Below the pieces are notes generated by a model. That model saw only the letters and a program-made list of their open reading frames with translations. It was not told the origin of the DNA and ran no database searches. A DNA stretch of 64,000 nucleotides, from assembly GCA_964016885.1 (NCBI GenBank), contig OZ024746.1, positions 54,932,001 to 54,996,000 of the forward strand. Reading direction: 5' to 3'. Shown here in pieces: positions 49,850 to 62,812 of the stretch (position 1 is its first letter; each line of letters opens with the position of its first letter). The translations under genes were made by a program, and so were the position numbers. Source of the stretch: Eledone cirrhosa (lineage: Eukaryota).

Positions 49850-52702
49850 TAATGAAATGACGGAATAGACCAGCTCTATACAGTGGTGAACCTCAAACCT
49901 GAATAAATAACGCTCCTGAAATGTTGAGCACTTCAAAATGTAATAATCAACAGCGGCATGGGACTGAATATATCTAACCACAATTCGAACTTTGGCTACC
50001 CGGTGCTTTCGCCTGGCCCTTTGCTCCTCCCCTCACAGAATATCCGAACTTCGACGAAACTCCACGGACTGGACCATAACATGTATTGTACTGCACTGAA
50101 TTAACTAAATGGCTACCCTATACTTCTGGGCATGTATAACTCACACTGAACTCCCAGACTCGAACACGCACTGTTTCCACATCTATATGCATTATCTGAC
50201 TGCAACTTGAACTATATTGTATTTCTCCTGTGTCTTGAACTCTCCATTTAATAGACAACGACCCTTGTTTGTTTATTTATACCTTTACATCTTTATTTGC
50301 TGTATTAATGCTCCTCCACGTATTCTACCTCTATACATCCATGTACTTTCTACTTCTCTTATTCGGACTTTTACTCGCGTGTACCCTCAGCACACGTCAC
50401 TGGAATATTTCCCCCTGGGAACATAAATACCGCAACCTGAACTATATTGTATTTCTCCTGTCTCTTGAACTCTACATTTACTAGACAACGACTATTGTTT
50501 GTTTATCTATATCTTCACATCTTTGCTTGCTGTATTAATGTCCTGATTTCTCCATCTTACTCCAACACCACTCTTGTTGGTTTATTTACATGTTTATACC
50601 TATATATTGATATGTTTATATATTTATACCTCTGCTGTACCAATGTGCTCTTCCACGTATTCCACTTCTATGTATCCATGTATTTCTACCCCTCACATTG
50701 GGACCTGTACCCCTTAGCTCTTCCACGTATTCCACTTCTATGTATCCATGTATTTCTACTCCTCACATTGGGACCTGTACCCATTAGCACACGACACTAG
50801 AATGTCTCCTCCTGAGAACAAAAATTAAACATTACACGACTATATCCCGTACTCTACATCCCACTAGGATAAATTACAGATCTACATAATACAATTAACG
50901 TTTCTTCATAAAAGACTATTTAATTAAACCCCGCAACCCAAAACCTCATAGAAGTTATTTGAATGTCTAATCTTCAATTTTCTGTTTGTTCAATTCTCAA
51001 TCCTCTTACTCCTTAGTTTCATAATGTTATTCTGAATTCTTTCAACTTCATCCGATAGAGTTAAGCAAAATTCTAAAGTTCCAACTTTCTGTCGGACCGT
51101 TGGGTGGGTTTTAGCGGCGGCGCGACCAGCTCCCTGGCGAACGGGCTCACCTGGAGTGCTTGGAAAAATAAATTCCCCTTCTTTCAGTAAATGAAAATAC
51201 TCGGCGTGGCTTAATTAGCCATGGGGCCCGGGGCGCGGCCGGTGTTTTAACCGCCAAATAGTACCTTTAAATTACAGAACAAATCGGAACTATTATATAT
51301 ATCAACCTGAAACTGTTGAGCTTTAAATTTTCTAACCTCTTTAATATGGAATATTGATTATTAATTTATTAATTTTTTAACTTCATCCTATAAGTCTAAA
51401 CATTGTAACACACTGACCCCCAATATATTCACCTCTGCTAAGATGCGAGTCCCTGTGAAAATTTTGTCGCGCCACTCCTGGCCCGACTGTGGTGTGACAT
51501 TAATATCGACCTTCCTTCCTCTCTCTTTCTATCTTCCTTCTTGTAGCTATCAACCATTACTCTTTTACTTCTCTAAGCTAAATTTTAAAGTTCCAACTTT
51601 CTGTCGGACTGTTGGGTGGGTTTTAATGGCGGCGCGACCAGCTCCCTGGCGAACGAGCTCACCTGGAGTGCTTGGAAAAATAAATTTCCCCTTCTTTCAG
51701 TAAATGAAAATACTCGGCGTGGCTTAATTCGCCATGGGGCCCGGGGCGCGGCCGTTGTTTTAACCGCCAAATAGTACCTTTAAATTACAGAACAAATCGG
51801 AACTATTATATAATTAATTGTTAAACTGTTGAACTTTAAATTTTCTAACCTCTTTAATATTGAATATTGATTATTAAATTTTTTTAACTTCATCCTAGAA
51901 GTCTAAACACTGTAAAACACTGACTCCCAATATATTCATCTCCGCTAAGATGCGGGTCCCTGTGAAAATTTTCTCGCGCCACTCCAGGCTTGACTGTGGT
52001 CTGACATTAATATCGACCTTTCTTCCTCTTCCTTTCTATCTTCCTTCTTGTAGCCATCAACCCTTACTTTTCTACTTCTCTCTTCCCTTCCTTCTCTCCT
52101 CTCCTCCTCCCGCAGACTTATCTACCTTCCCCCTCTTGCTTGCCTATATCTGACCAGTAGTAGTTACCTTCCTCTTTTAGCTGACATTAACCCTGACTTC
52201 TCTCCTTCTTTCTTCCCCCTTCTTCTCCTTCCTTTCTTTCTTTCTTTTACCTTGTGTCATGGGATCGACGTTAACCTATGCTCCCATCTCTTTCTGTTTT
52301 CGTTCATCTGACCGGTAGTAGCATACTATAAAATTTAGCCACGTCACTCCAGGGCGACCGGCTGAGGTTGAAGGAACAGAATAGCGGTCGCCCTCGGGTC
52401 CCGATCTTCAGCCCCATGGATTTTACCTATTACATTCACGTATTATATTTCGAATACCTGATGATATCACCGGATTCATACGGAACCCGGTCATTGAAAT
52501 GATCATAGTATAATAAACCTTTCAAGGATTTACACAAATCCAGTCTCCTGTCATTTCATTATAATATTTAACTCCGTAATAGCACCACCAACTACAAAAA
52601 CAAAGACGGTTGAACTGCTTTACGTTGAGTACTCTCTATATTATTGCATTACGATTGACCATACGGAATAGACCAGCTCTATACAGTGGTGAACCTCAAA
52701 CC

Positions 52703-52708
<6 letters not shown>
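49843..52708 (+). mobile_element. ~2.8-kb ORF-less PLE-type element with HHR, 46-bp terminal redundancy and internal duplications
   Basis: 49860-49905 equals 52663-52708. 49843-49861 is the reverse complement of 52550-52568. HHR atac-CTGATGA(52458-52464)..GAAATGATCATA(52507)-gtat. ~510-bp internal duplication within 51060-52080. Confidence 0.78.
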
Positions 52709-52763
<55 letters not shown>

Positions 52764-52764
52764 G

Positions 52765-52890
<126 letters not shown>

Positions 52891-53089
52891 CGTATACATA
52901 CATAGTTACATTTAAGTAACTGCCGTACTAAGAGTGTGAAATAAAATTTCGTTTCATTATATTACAACTTATCGTTTTCGATACGCCTGGCCGACTGAAC
53001 TCAGTCGATATGAAAATTAGGCTGCTCAGCCGTTAATTTTCATAAGGAAAGTATATACTTTCGAACGTTCAACTATCTGGCAGAAGGGT

Positions 53090-53142
53090 ATACGGGGCTG
53101 ATGATAGCTAACAAGCTTGAAACTAGTACATCGTTCCTGTGT
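53090..53142 (+). ncRNA. Probable HHR in a short island (52900-53262) within (TA)n
   Basis: acgggg-CTGATGA(53098-53104)-tagctaacaagctt-GAAAC(53119-53123)..GTT-cctgt. Confidence 0.6.
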
Positions 53143-53287
53143 CAGTGTTGAACAAAAAGGTGACGTGGTTGCCTTAACACCGTATGGCGTAAATCAGGCT
53201 GTTCGCTTGTTTACAAACGGACAAAGCGGGCGTTATAATAATCGTTCGCTAAACTGATACGTACATATATATATGTGTACCTCTATG

Positions 53288-53345
<58 letters not shown>

Positions 53346-53412
53346 TGCTACTGTACGTCTGTATACATATATGTATGTACGTATACATACATACTTACAT
53401 TTATATATATAT

Positions 53413-53512
<100 letters not shown>

Positions 53513-53543
53513 GTATATATATATATATATATGTATATATATT

Positions 53544-53590
<47 letters not shown>

Positions 53591-53648
53591 GTATATATAT
53601 ATTGTATATATATGTATATATATGTATATATATATATGTATATATAAG

Positions 53649-53744
<96 letters not shown>

Positions 53745-53759
53745 TGTATATATATATCT

Positions 53760-53793
<34 letters not shown>

Positions 53794-53800
53794 ATATATA

Positions 53801-53883
<83 letters not shown>

Positions 53884-53920
53884 GTGTATATATATATATG
53901 TATATATATATGTATATATT

Positions 53921-53964
<44 letters not shown>

Positions 53965-54590
53965 TGTATATATATGTATATATTTATATATATATGTATA
54001 TATGTATATATATAGCGGCAATGAATTAGTTTTGCGAGGTTTTTTATATGAAATCGTGTGTCGAAACAGATATTGTTATATTTGGGGAGGGTCATATTTG
54101 CGTAATATTGCCAGAATTAATAACAGAACACACTCACTGTTTGGTTGGTTTTCGCTTCTCGCTGTCTTTTATATATATATATCTGCGATCTAACTTACTC
54201 GGTCCTCAATGTTGCCATTGACTGACCGGCGGTCAAAAATAATACAGATACAATATAGACACAAACACATATATATAGTTTACATAATTTACATAAATCT
54301 TTCGTTGCACATCTGCAACATCGTCAGTGGTGTTATATTCATTGTTCCTCCTGTTGTGTTGTATGTCTACGCCATTTTTTTTTTGTTCAGTCTGTCTATA
54401 TATTTATTTATTTATTTGCTTGTTTGTTTATCTTATTTTATTTTGTCTTCTTTGCGCATGCGTTTCCGTGTGTGTATAGTGTGATGTGTGACTAGTGTGT
54501 ATAGTGTTGTGTCTGCTGGGTGACTAGTGTGTGTTTATGTGCTTGTGTATGTATTTATTTATCTTATTTTATTTAATTTTATTTACTTAT

Positions 54591-57500
54591 TTATACTTCT
54601 CTGAGGTCAGTGTTGTTTGTTTGGGTGTTGTTGTTGTTCCACTCATTCTTTCTGTTTAGCTTTGGTCTTCTAATTTCTATTTCACTGGCCTCTCTGATTT
54701 GCCTATCTGCTGGGTCATTCCTATGTTTAGATATTATTCTAATTTCTATGTTGTCTATGTTACCGTCATGTTGTTGTCTAGCATGTTCGTATAGTACTGA
54801 CCCGTTTTTTCGTCCTTTTAGTTCCCCCCAGTGTTGGTCTATCCTTTCACCTATGCTACGAGCTGTCTCACCTATGTATGTTGTTGTCATGTTTCTGCAA
54901 GTACCCTCTGTACATCTTATGCTATAGACTACGTTTCTAGTTTTACAGTTTATCCGGGGGTTCACCTTACAAATGATACATTTCCTATTGGTACAGTGGG
55001 TTTTCTTAAAAGGGTAGGTTTTGCTGATCAGGGATTTTATGGTGGTTCCTGGCTTTTCTACCACCTTTATTTTTAAGTGGGTCTTTCTCAGGGCCTTTCT
55101 ACACTGGTTAGCTAATGTCCCTCCAGGGGTGGCGTCGACAAACATGACACTCTGATATCTCTGGTTGTCGTACCATGATGTGGCCTTCCCTATCTTATGT
55201 CTAGCCCTATCTAAGCTATTCCATGATTTGCTCCTGTATAGTGGGCAAATTCCTTTCATGTCCAGTTCTATGAGGGTCTTATACTTTTCCATGGCTCCTT
55301 CGTATACTCTGACTCTGTCTCTTTGGTGGTAGCCAGAGAACTGCATGCGGTTGATGAAGTGTTGGATGTGTCCTTCCATTTCTGTTGGGTCGCACATGCT
55401 GGACACATTCTTCATCACTCGTACCAAATCTGCGATCAGAATATTAAACTTAGCACTACTGGACATTGCTGAGTTTTTGAGTATCAGGTATTTGGAGGCC
55501 ATGGGTTTAGCATAGTGTGAGTGGAGAATTTGGGCTCTCTCGTCTATAGTGTTAATCCAGAGTTCTGTGTCTAATACAGGTAGTCTATTGTTAGGGTGTT
55601 TGGAAGGGAAGTCTATAGTTACAGTTATACTCTGGTGTATGGAATTAGCTATCTGCTGGATGCTTTCCATCGTGCTACGTTCTAAATCAAACTTGTTAGT
55701 GCTCTCTAGTGGGGGTGTTCTTATAACTATATTGATATCGTCTACATAACGAGAGTACATGATGAGGTCTATGGAGCTTTCATTAAGGAGATCTTTAAGT
55801 CTCCTTTCCCACCATACCATGAAAAGGTTGGCAACATCACCAGCTATGCTGACGCCGATGGCTGCTCCCTCATTTTGGGTGTAGATTTTCTCATTGAACT
55901 TAAATATGTGGCCCTTTAGGGTAGTTTTGATACTAGCCCCTATTGCATGTGCGACCATTTTTCTTACCTGATCAGTGTTTTGGGGGGTCCGTATAGCTTT
56001 GGTCCACCCAATCCACCTTCCTATGGGAGTCTTTTTAGCCATTGAGGTTATGGTGGGGGGTCTACCTCTTATAGGTCTACTAGGGCAGAAACATCTAAGG
56101 TCATGGCTGTCTAGGTAGTCAGTGTCGTAGGTAAGTCTAAGTAGGAGGCCCAGTTCGTCTGTGTCGACGTCGCAGAACTCCACCTCACTCTCAATGATCA
56201 TCTCCACACATCTTTTCACAGCAAAATCAATGTTAATGGATGGGTACAGTGACACCACATCCATGCTGCCTATTATGCAGTTGGATAGGCTCCTGTTTTT
56301 GTTGCACTCACTGATTCTGCTGAGGAGGTCCTCTGTACTTTCACATACATCTGGGGACATCTTGATTATGGGGCGTATAACCATTGAGAGGAAGTAGGAG
56401 ATCCTGTAGTTGCTAGCTATATTAGCTCCGCATACGGGTCTTGTTGGTGGTCCTGTTGTCGGGTCGTCGACTGTCTTGTGGTCCTTGCGGAGCCCATACA
56501 AGGGTGGTATGCCATTGTTAGACGCCTGGAAGTTGTTGGCAGTGCGTCTGCTTGGCTTTAGGATGTCAGTCCACATCATCATGTGAGCGTTGAGGATTTT
56601 TTCTCTCCCATCGTGTGTTAGTTGTGCAACTTCGTTCGTGTTGGTGATGTGGGGTTGCATTGCCTCGATGTAGTTCGGCATGCTATCTATTGACATCGTA
56701 CCAGACTTATCTGTGGGTAGACACACTACCTCACCATCCCTTGTGCGCTGCTTGAGGCTAACCAAGCCTTCTACAGGTTTTATCCCAAGTTGTTGGGCCT
56801 CTGGTCTGCTCTGTCTCATAGTGTACCTGTCTACTACTTGTCTAATCTTATTTCTAGCTATGGTGAACTGTGCCTCCGTCTCGTCATCTATTTGCTGTTG
56901 TATGCAAACTCTTTTATTAAAGGGTAACCTCGTAGGATAGATATTACCCATCTTATATGTTTTGTCAGCTGGGTTGAAAAATAGTTTCTCTAAGGGGTTG
57001 TCGTTATTTCTATCGTCATAGTTGTGTGTGTTGCTATTATTGTTATCATGGTGATTGTTGTTGTTTCTATCATTAGTATTAATATTATTATTGTTATGAT
57101 TGCTAGATGTATTGTTGTTTACTTCACCGTTATTGTTGTTGTTGTTACTGCTATTTCTACCATTGTGGTTGTTACTATTATTATGTTTCTTGTTTTTGTT
57201 GATGTTGCTACATGTACTATTTCCATTATTACCACTGTGGTTATTGTTGTTGTTCGTATTGTTACCGTTATTACTACTGTGGTCACTGTTGCTGTGTCTG
57301 TGGTTAACGTTTCTATTATTATTATTATTGTGGTTGTTGTTGTTCTGTCTATCGCTAGTATTATTGCCATTATCACTATTTCTCACTTTCCTGCCATTGT
57401 TATGGTTATGGCTGTTATTTCTATACCCAGAGTTATTGTTTATATTACTACTACCGTTATTATTGTTGTTGTTGTTTACCTTTGCATTCCAACGTATTTT

Positions 57501-57623
57501 TGTGTAACACTTTTCCAGCTCCGTTTTGCATTCCATAGGGTTAATCTTTTTGTAGATGGCAAATTTTGGTGGTAACTTTAGGATTTGTTGTTCTTGTTCA
57601 CTGATTAAAGTGTTGCCATAGAT
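54591..57623 (-). CDS. PLE family A RT + GIY-YIG, 5'-truncated inverted copy
   Basis: Uninterrupted frame, 11 aa differences from the plus copy. The first ~12 residues of the tracked ORF (up to 57659) are read-through from the junction. Confidence 0.88.
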   Translation of the reverse strand: MYGNTLISEQEQQILKLPPKFAIYKKINPMECKTELEKCYTKIRWNAKVNNNNNNNGSSNINNNSGYRNNSHNHNNGRKVRNSDNGNNTSDRQNNNNHNNNNNRNVNHRHSNSDHSSNNGNNTNNNNNHSGNNGNSTCSNINKNKKHNNSNNHNGRNSSNNNNNNGEVNNNTSSNHNNNNINTNDRNNNNHHDNNNSNTHNYDDRNNDNPLEKLFFNPADKTYKMGNIYPTRLPFNKRVCIQQQIDDETEAQFTIARNKIRQVVDRYTMRQSRPEAQQLGIKPVEGLVSLKQRTRDGEVVCLPTDKSGTMSIDSMPNYIEAMQPHITNTNEVAQLTHDGREKILNAHMMMWTDILKPSRRTANNFQASNNGIPPLYGLRKDHKTVDDPTTGPPTRPVCGANIASNYRISYFLSMVIRPIIKMSPDVCESTEDLLSRISECNKNRSLSNCIIGSMDVVSLYPSINIDFAVKRCVEMIIESEVEFCDVDTDELGLLLRLTYDTDYLDSHDLRCFCPSRPIRGRPPTITSMAKKTPIGRWIGWTKAIRTPQNTDQVRKMVAHAIGASIKTTLKGHIFKFNEKIYTQNEGAAIGVSIAGDVANLFMVWWERRLKDLLNESSIDLIMYSRYVDDINIVIRTPPLESTNKFDLERSTMESIQQIANSIHQSITVTIDFPSKHPNNRLPVLDTELWINTIDERAQILHSHYAKPMASKYLILKNSAMSSSAKFNILIADLVRVMKNVSSMCDPTEMEGHIQHFINRMQFSGYHQRDRVRVYEGAMEKYKTLIELDMKGICPLYRSKSWNSLDRARHKIGKATSWYDNQRYQSVMFVDATPGGTLANQCRKALRKTHLKIKVVEKPGTTIKSLISKTYPFKKTHCTNRKCIICKVNPRINCKTRNVVYSIRCTEGTCRNMTTTYIGETARSIGERIDQHWGELKGRKNGSVLYEHARQQHDGNIDNIEIRIISKHRNDPADRQIREASEIEIRRPKLNRKNEWNNNNTQTNNTDLREV

Positions 57624-57734
57624 TTCTGTTATATAAAAACTACAATAACAACAGAACAAATCCGCTTCTTAAAACACTGTGTTTCCTCCAAAACATACAC
57701 AACAAACATATCAAAACAAGTAAATAATTTATTA

Positions 57735-60700
57735 TTGAACAAAACACAAGCTGAACGGCTAAAACACACAATAACAGTTAATATGAAAAGAACAACATAC
57801 ACAAAAGTCAACGCACTCTACAGACAAAAACGCATCAACGGTAAGGAAATCCGAAATCTCATCACAGCAAACGAGAGAGATGACTTCATGAGCGTCATCC
57901 GACGCGAAACGAAATATGCTCAAAACGAATGCTGTAGGCATTTCAAGAAGAAATTAGAATGGATGAATAAGAAAAAACTACAAGAAAGGAAAATCGAATA
58001 TTCTCAAAAATACCCAGATAACATCGACAACATCCGTATGAGTGATGTAAAACTACCGGAAGAATTTACCAATGACCACACAGTAAATATCTATGGGAAC
58101 ACTTTAATCAGTGAACGAGAACAACAAATCCTAAAGTTACCACCAAAATTTGCCATCTACAAAAAGATTAACCCTATGGAATGCAAAACGGAGCTGGAAA
58201 AGTGTTTCACAAAAATACGTTGGAATGCAAAGGTAAACAACAACAACAATAATAACGGTAGTAGTAATATAAACAATAACTCTGGGTATAGAAATAACAG
58301 CCATAACCATAACAATGGCAGGAAAGTGAGAAATAGTGATAATGGCAATAATACTAGCGATAGACAGAACAACAACAACCACAATAATAATAATAATAGA
58401 AACGTTAACCACAGACACAGCAACAGTGACCACAGTAGTAATAACGGTAACAATACGAACAACAACAATAACCACAGTGGTAATAATGGAAATAGTACAT
58501 GTAACAACATCAACAAAAACAAGAAACATAATAATAGTAACAACCACAATGGTAGAAATAGCAGTAACAACAACAACAATAACGGTGAAGTAAACAACAA
58601 TACATCTAGCAATCATAACAATAATAATATTAATGCTAATGATAGAAACAACAACAACCACCATGATAACAATAATAGCAACACACACAACTATGACGAT
58701 AGAAATAACGACAACCCCTTAGAGAAACTATTTTTCAACCCAGCTGACAAAACATATAAGATGGGTAATATCTATCCTACGAGGTTACCCTTTAATAAAA
58801 GAGTTTGCATACCACAGCAAATAGATGACGAGACGGAGGCACAGTTCACCATAGCTAGAAATAAGATTAGACTAGTAGTAGACAGGTACACTATGAGACA
58901 GAGCAGACCAGAGGCCCAACAACTTGGGATAAAACCTGTAGAAGGCTTGGTTAGCCTCAAGCAGCGCACAAGGGATGGTGAGGTAGTGTGTCTACCCACA
59001 GATAAGTCTGGTAGGATGTCAATAGATAGCATGCCGAACTACATCGAGGCAATGCAACCCCACATCACCAACACGAGCGAAGTTGCACAACTAAAACACG
59101 ATGGGAGAGAAAAAATCCTCAACGCTCACATGATGATCTGGACTGACATCCTAAAGCCAAGCAGACGCACTGCCAACAACTTCCAGGCGTCTAACAATGG
59201 CATACCACCCTTGTATGGGCTCCGCAAGGACCACAAGACAGTCGACGACCCGACAACAGGACCACCAACAAGACCCGTATGCGGAGCTAATATAGCTAGC
59301 AACTACAGGATCTCCTACTTCCTCTCAATGGTTATACGCCCCATAATCAAGATGTCCCCAGATGTATGTGAAAGTACAGAGGACCTCCTCAGCAGAATCA
59401 GTGAGTGCAACAAAAACAGGAGCCTATCCAACTGCATAATAGGCAGCATGGATGTGGTGTCACTGTACCCATCCATTAACATTGATTTTGCTGTGAAAAG
59501 ATGTGTGGAGATGATCATTGAGAGTGAGGTGGAGTTCTGCGACGTCGACACAGACGAACTGGGCCTCCTACTTAGACTTACCTACGACACTGACTACCTA
59601 GACAGCCATGACCTTAGATGTTTCTGCCCTAGTAGACCTATAAGAGGTAGACCCCCCACCATAACCTCAATGGCTAAAAAGACTCCCATAGGAAGGTGGA
59701 TTGGGTGGACCAAAGCTATACGGACCCCCCAAAACACTGATCAGGTAAGAAAAATGGTCGCACATGCAATAGGGGCTAGTATCAAAACTACCCTAAAGGG
59801 CCACATATTTAAGTTCAATGAGAAAATCTACACCCAAAATGAGGGAGCAGCCATCGGCGTCAGCATAGCTGGTGATGTTGCCAACCTTTTCATGGTATGG
59901 TGGGAAAGGAGACTTAAAGATCTCCTTAATGAAAGCTCCATAGACCTCATCATGTACTCTCGTTATGTAGACGATATCAATATAGTTATAAGAACACCCC
60001 CACTAGAGAGCACTAACAAGTTTGATTTAGAACGTAGCACGATGGAAAGCATCCAGCAGATAGCTAATTCCATACACCAGAGTATAACTGTAACTATAGA
60101 CTTCCCTTCCAAACACCCTAACAATAGACTACCTGTATTAGACACAGAACTCTGGATTAACACTATAGACGAGAGAGCCCAAATTCTCCACTCACACTAT
60201 GCTAAACCCATGGCCTCCAAATACCTGATACTCAAAAACTCAGCAATGTCCAGTAGTGCTAAGTTTAATATTCTGATCGCAGATTTGGTACGAGTGATGA
60301 AGAATGTGTCCAGCATGTGCGACCCAACAGAAATGGAAGGACACATCCAACACTTCATCAACCGCATGCAGTTCTCTGGCTACAACCAAAGAGACAGAGT
60401 CAGAGTATACGAAGGAGCCATGGAAAAGTATAAGACCCTCATAGAACTGGACATGAAAGGAATTTGCCCACTATACAGGAGCAAATCATGGAATAGCTTA
60501 GATAGGGCTAGACATAAGATAGGGAAGGCCACATCATGGTACGACAACCAGAGATATCAGAGTGTCATGTTTGTCGACGCCACCCCTGGAGGGACATTAG
60601 CTAACCAGTGTAGAAAGGCCCTGAGAAAGACCCACTTAAAAATAAAGGTGGTAGAAAAGCCAGGAACCACCATAAAATCCCTGATCAGCAAAACCTACCC

Positions 60701-61121
60701 TTTTAAGAAAACCCACTGTACCAATAGGAAATGTATCATTTGTAAGGTGAACCCCCGGATAAACTGTAAAACTAGAAACGTAGTCTATAGCATAAGATGT
60801 ACAGAGGGTACTTGCAGAAACATGACAACAACATACATAGGTGAGACAGCTCGTAGCATAGGTGAAAGGATAGACCAACACTGGGGGGAACTAAAAGGAC
60901 GAAAAAACGGGTCAGTACTATACGAACATGCTAGACAACAACATGACGGTAACATAGACAACATAGAAATTAGAATAATATCTAAACATAGGAATGACCC
61001 AGCAGATAGGCAAATCAGAGAGGCCAGTGAAATAGAAATTAGAAGACCAAAGCTAAACAGAAAGAATGAGTGGAACAACAACAACACCCAAACAAACAAC
61101 ACTGACCTAAGAGAAGTATAA
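57735..61121 (+). CDS. PLE family A polyprotein: N-terminal domain with Asn-rich insert, RT, Cys linker and GIY-YIG (1128 aa)
   Basis: TDKSG, LYGLRKDHK..RPV, SMDVVSLYPSI, GAAIG, YVDD, LPVLD, CTNRKCIIC, VVYSIRC..C..YIGET..H..H. The frame stays open upstream to the junction at ~57625. Confidence 0.95.
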   Translation: MNKTQAERLKHTITVNMKRTTYTKVNALYRQKRINGKEIRNLITANERDDFMSVIRRETKYAQNECCRHFKKKLEWMNKKKLQERKIEYSQKYPDNIDNIRMSDVKLPEEFTNDHTVNIYGNTLISEREQQILKLPPKFAIYKKINPMECKTELEKCFTKIRWNAKVNNNNNNNGSSNINNNSGYRNNSHNHNNGRKVRNSDNGNNTSDRQNNNNHNNNNNRNVNHRHSNSDHSSNNGNNTNNNNNHSGNNGNSTCNNINKNKKHNNSNNHNGRNSSNNNNNNGEVNNNTSSNHNNNNINANDRNNNNHHDNNNSNTHNYDDRNNDNPLEKLFFNPADKTYKMGNIYPTRLPFNKRVCIPQQIDDETEAQFTIARNKIRLVVDRYTMRQSRPEAQQLGIKPVEGLVSLKQRTRDGEVVCLPTDKSGRMSIDSMPNYIEAMQPHITNTSEVAQLKHDGREKILNAHMMIWTDILKPSRRTANNFQASNNGIPPLYGLRKDHKTVDDPTTGPPTRPVCGANIASNYRISYFLSMVIRPIIKMSPDVCESTEDLLSRISECNKNRSLSNCIIGSMDVVSLYPSINIDFAVKRCVEMIIESEVEFCDVDTDELGLLLRLTYDTDYLDSHDLRCFCPSRPIRGRPPTITSMAKKTPIGRWIGWTKAIRTPQNTDQVRKMVAHAIGASIKTTLKGHIFKFNEKIYTQNEGAAIGVSIAGDVANLFMVWWERRLKDLLNESSIDLIMYSRYVDDINIVIRTPPLESTNKFDLERSTMESIQQIANSIHQSITVTIDFPSKHPNNRLPVLDTELWINTIDERAQILHSHYAKPMASKYLILKNSAMSSSAKFNILIADLVRVMKNVSSMCDPTEMEGHIQHFINRMQFSGYNQRDRVRVYEGAMEKYKTLIELDMKGICPLYRSKSWNSLDRARHKIGKATSWYDNQRYQSVMFVDATPGGTLANQCRKALRKTHLKIKVVEKPGTTIKSLISKTYPFKKTHCTNRKCIICKVNPRINCKTRNVVYSIRCTEGTCRNMTTTYIGETARSIGERIDQHWGELKGRKNGSVLYEHARQQHDGNIDNIEIRIISKHRNDPADRQIREASEIEIRRPKLNRKNEWNNNNTQTNNTDLREV

Positions 61122-61642
61122 ATAAGTAAATAAAATTAAATAAAATAAGATAAATAAATACATACACAAGCACATAAACACACACTAGTCACCCAGCAGA
61201 CACAACACTATACACACTAGTCACACATCACACTATACACACACGGAAACGCATGCGCAAAGAAGACAAAATAAAATAAGATAAACAAACAAGCAAATAA
61301 ATAAATAAATATATAGACAGACTGAACAAAAAAAAAATGGCGTAGACATACAACACAACAGGAGGAACAATGAATATAACACCACTGACGATGTTGCAGA
61401 TGTGCAACGAAAGATTTATGTAAATTATGTAAACTATATATATGTGTTTGTGTCTATATTGTATCTGTATTATTTTCGACCGCCGGTCAGTCAATGGCAA
61501 CATTGAGGACCGAGTAAGTTAGATCGCAGATATATATATATAAAAGACAGCGAGAAGCGAAAACCAACCAAACAGTGAGTGTGTTCTGTTATTAATTCTG
61601 GCAATATTACGCAAATATGACCCTCCCCAAATATAACAATAT

Positions 61643-62812
<1,170 letters not shown>

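Larger units (their letters stand above)
54015..61642. mobile_element. Head-to-head inverted pair of PLE family A flanked by (TA)n
   Basis: Arms 54070-57623 and 58089-61642 are near-identical reverse complements around a ~465-bp spacer belonging to the plus-strand ORF. Confidence 0.95.

Noticed and set aside
54015-54080. Antisense HHR at the family A terminus (GCAATGA...GAAACAGATATTGTTA; also 3065-3128)
   Set aside because: The CUGANGA core is absent in all copies and there is no stem I.
57024-58688. Hydrophobic Leu/Val-rich ORFs resembling membrane proteins
   Set aside because: They are antisense or shifted frames of the AAC/AAT-rich PLE segment.
54015-61642. Pure assembly fold-back artefact
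   Set aside because: The arms differ at 11 aa positions, have different 3' endpoints and a unique spacer. Considered unlikely, though reads were not seen.
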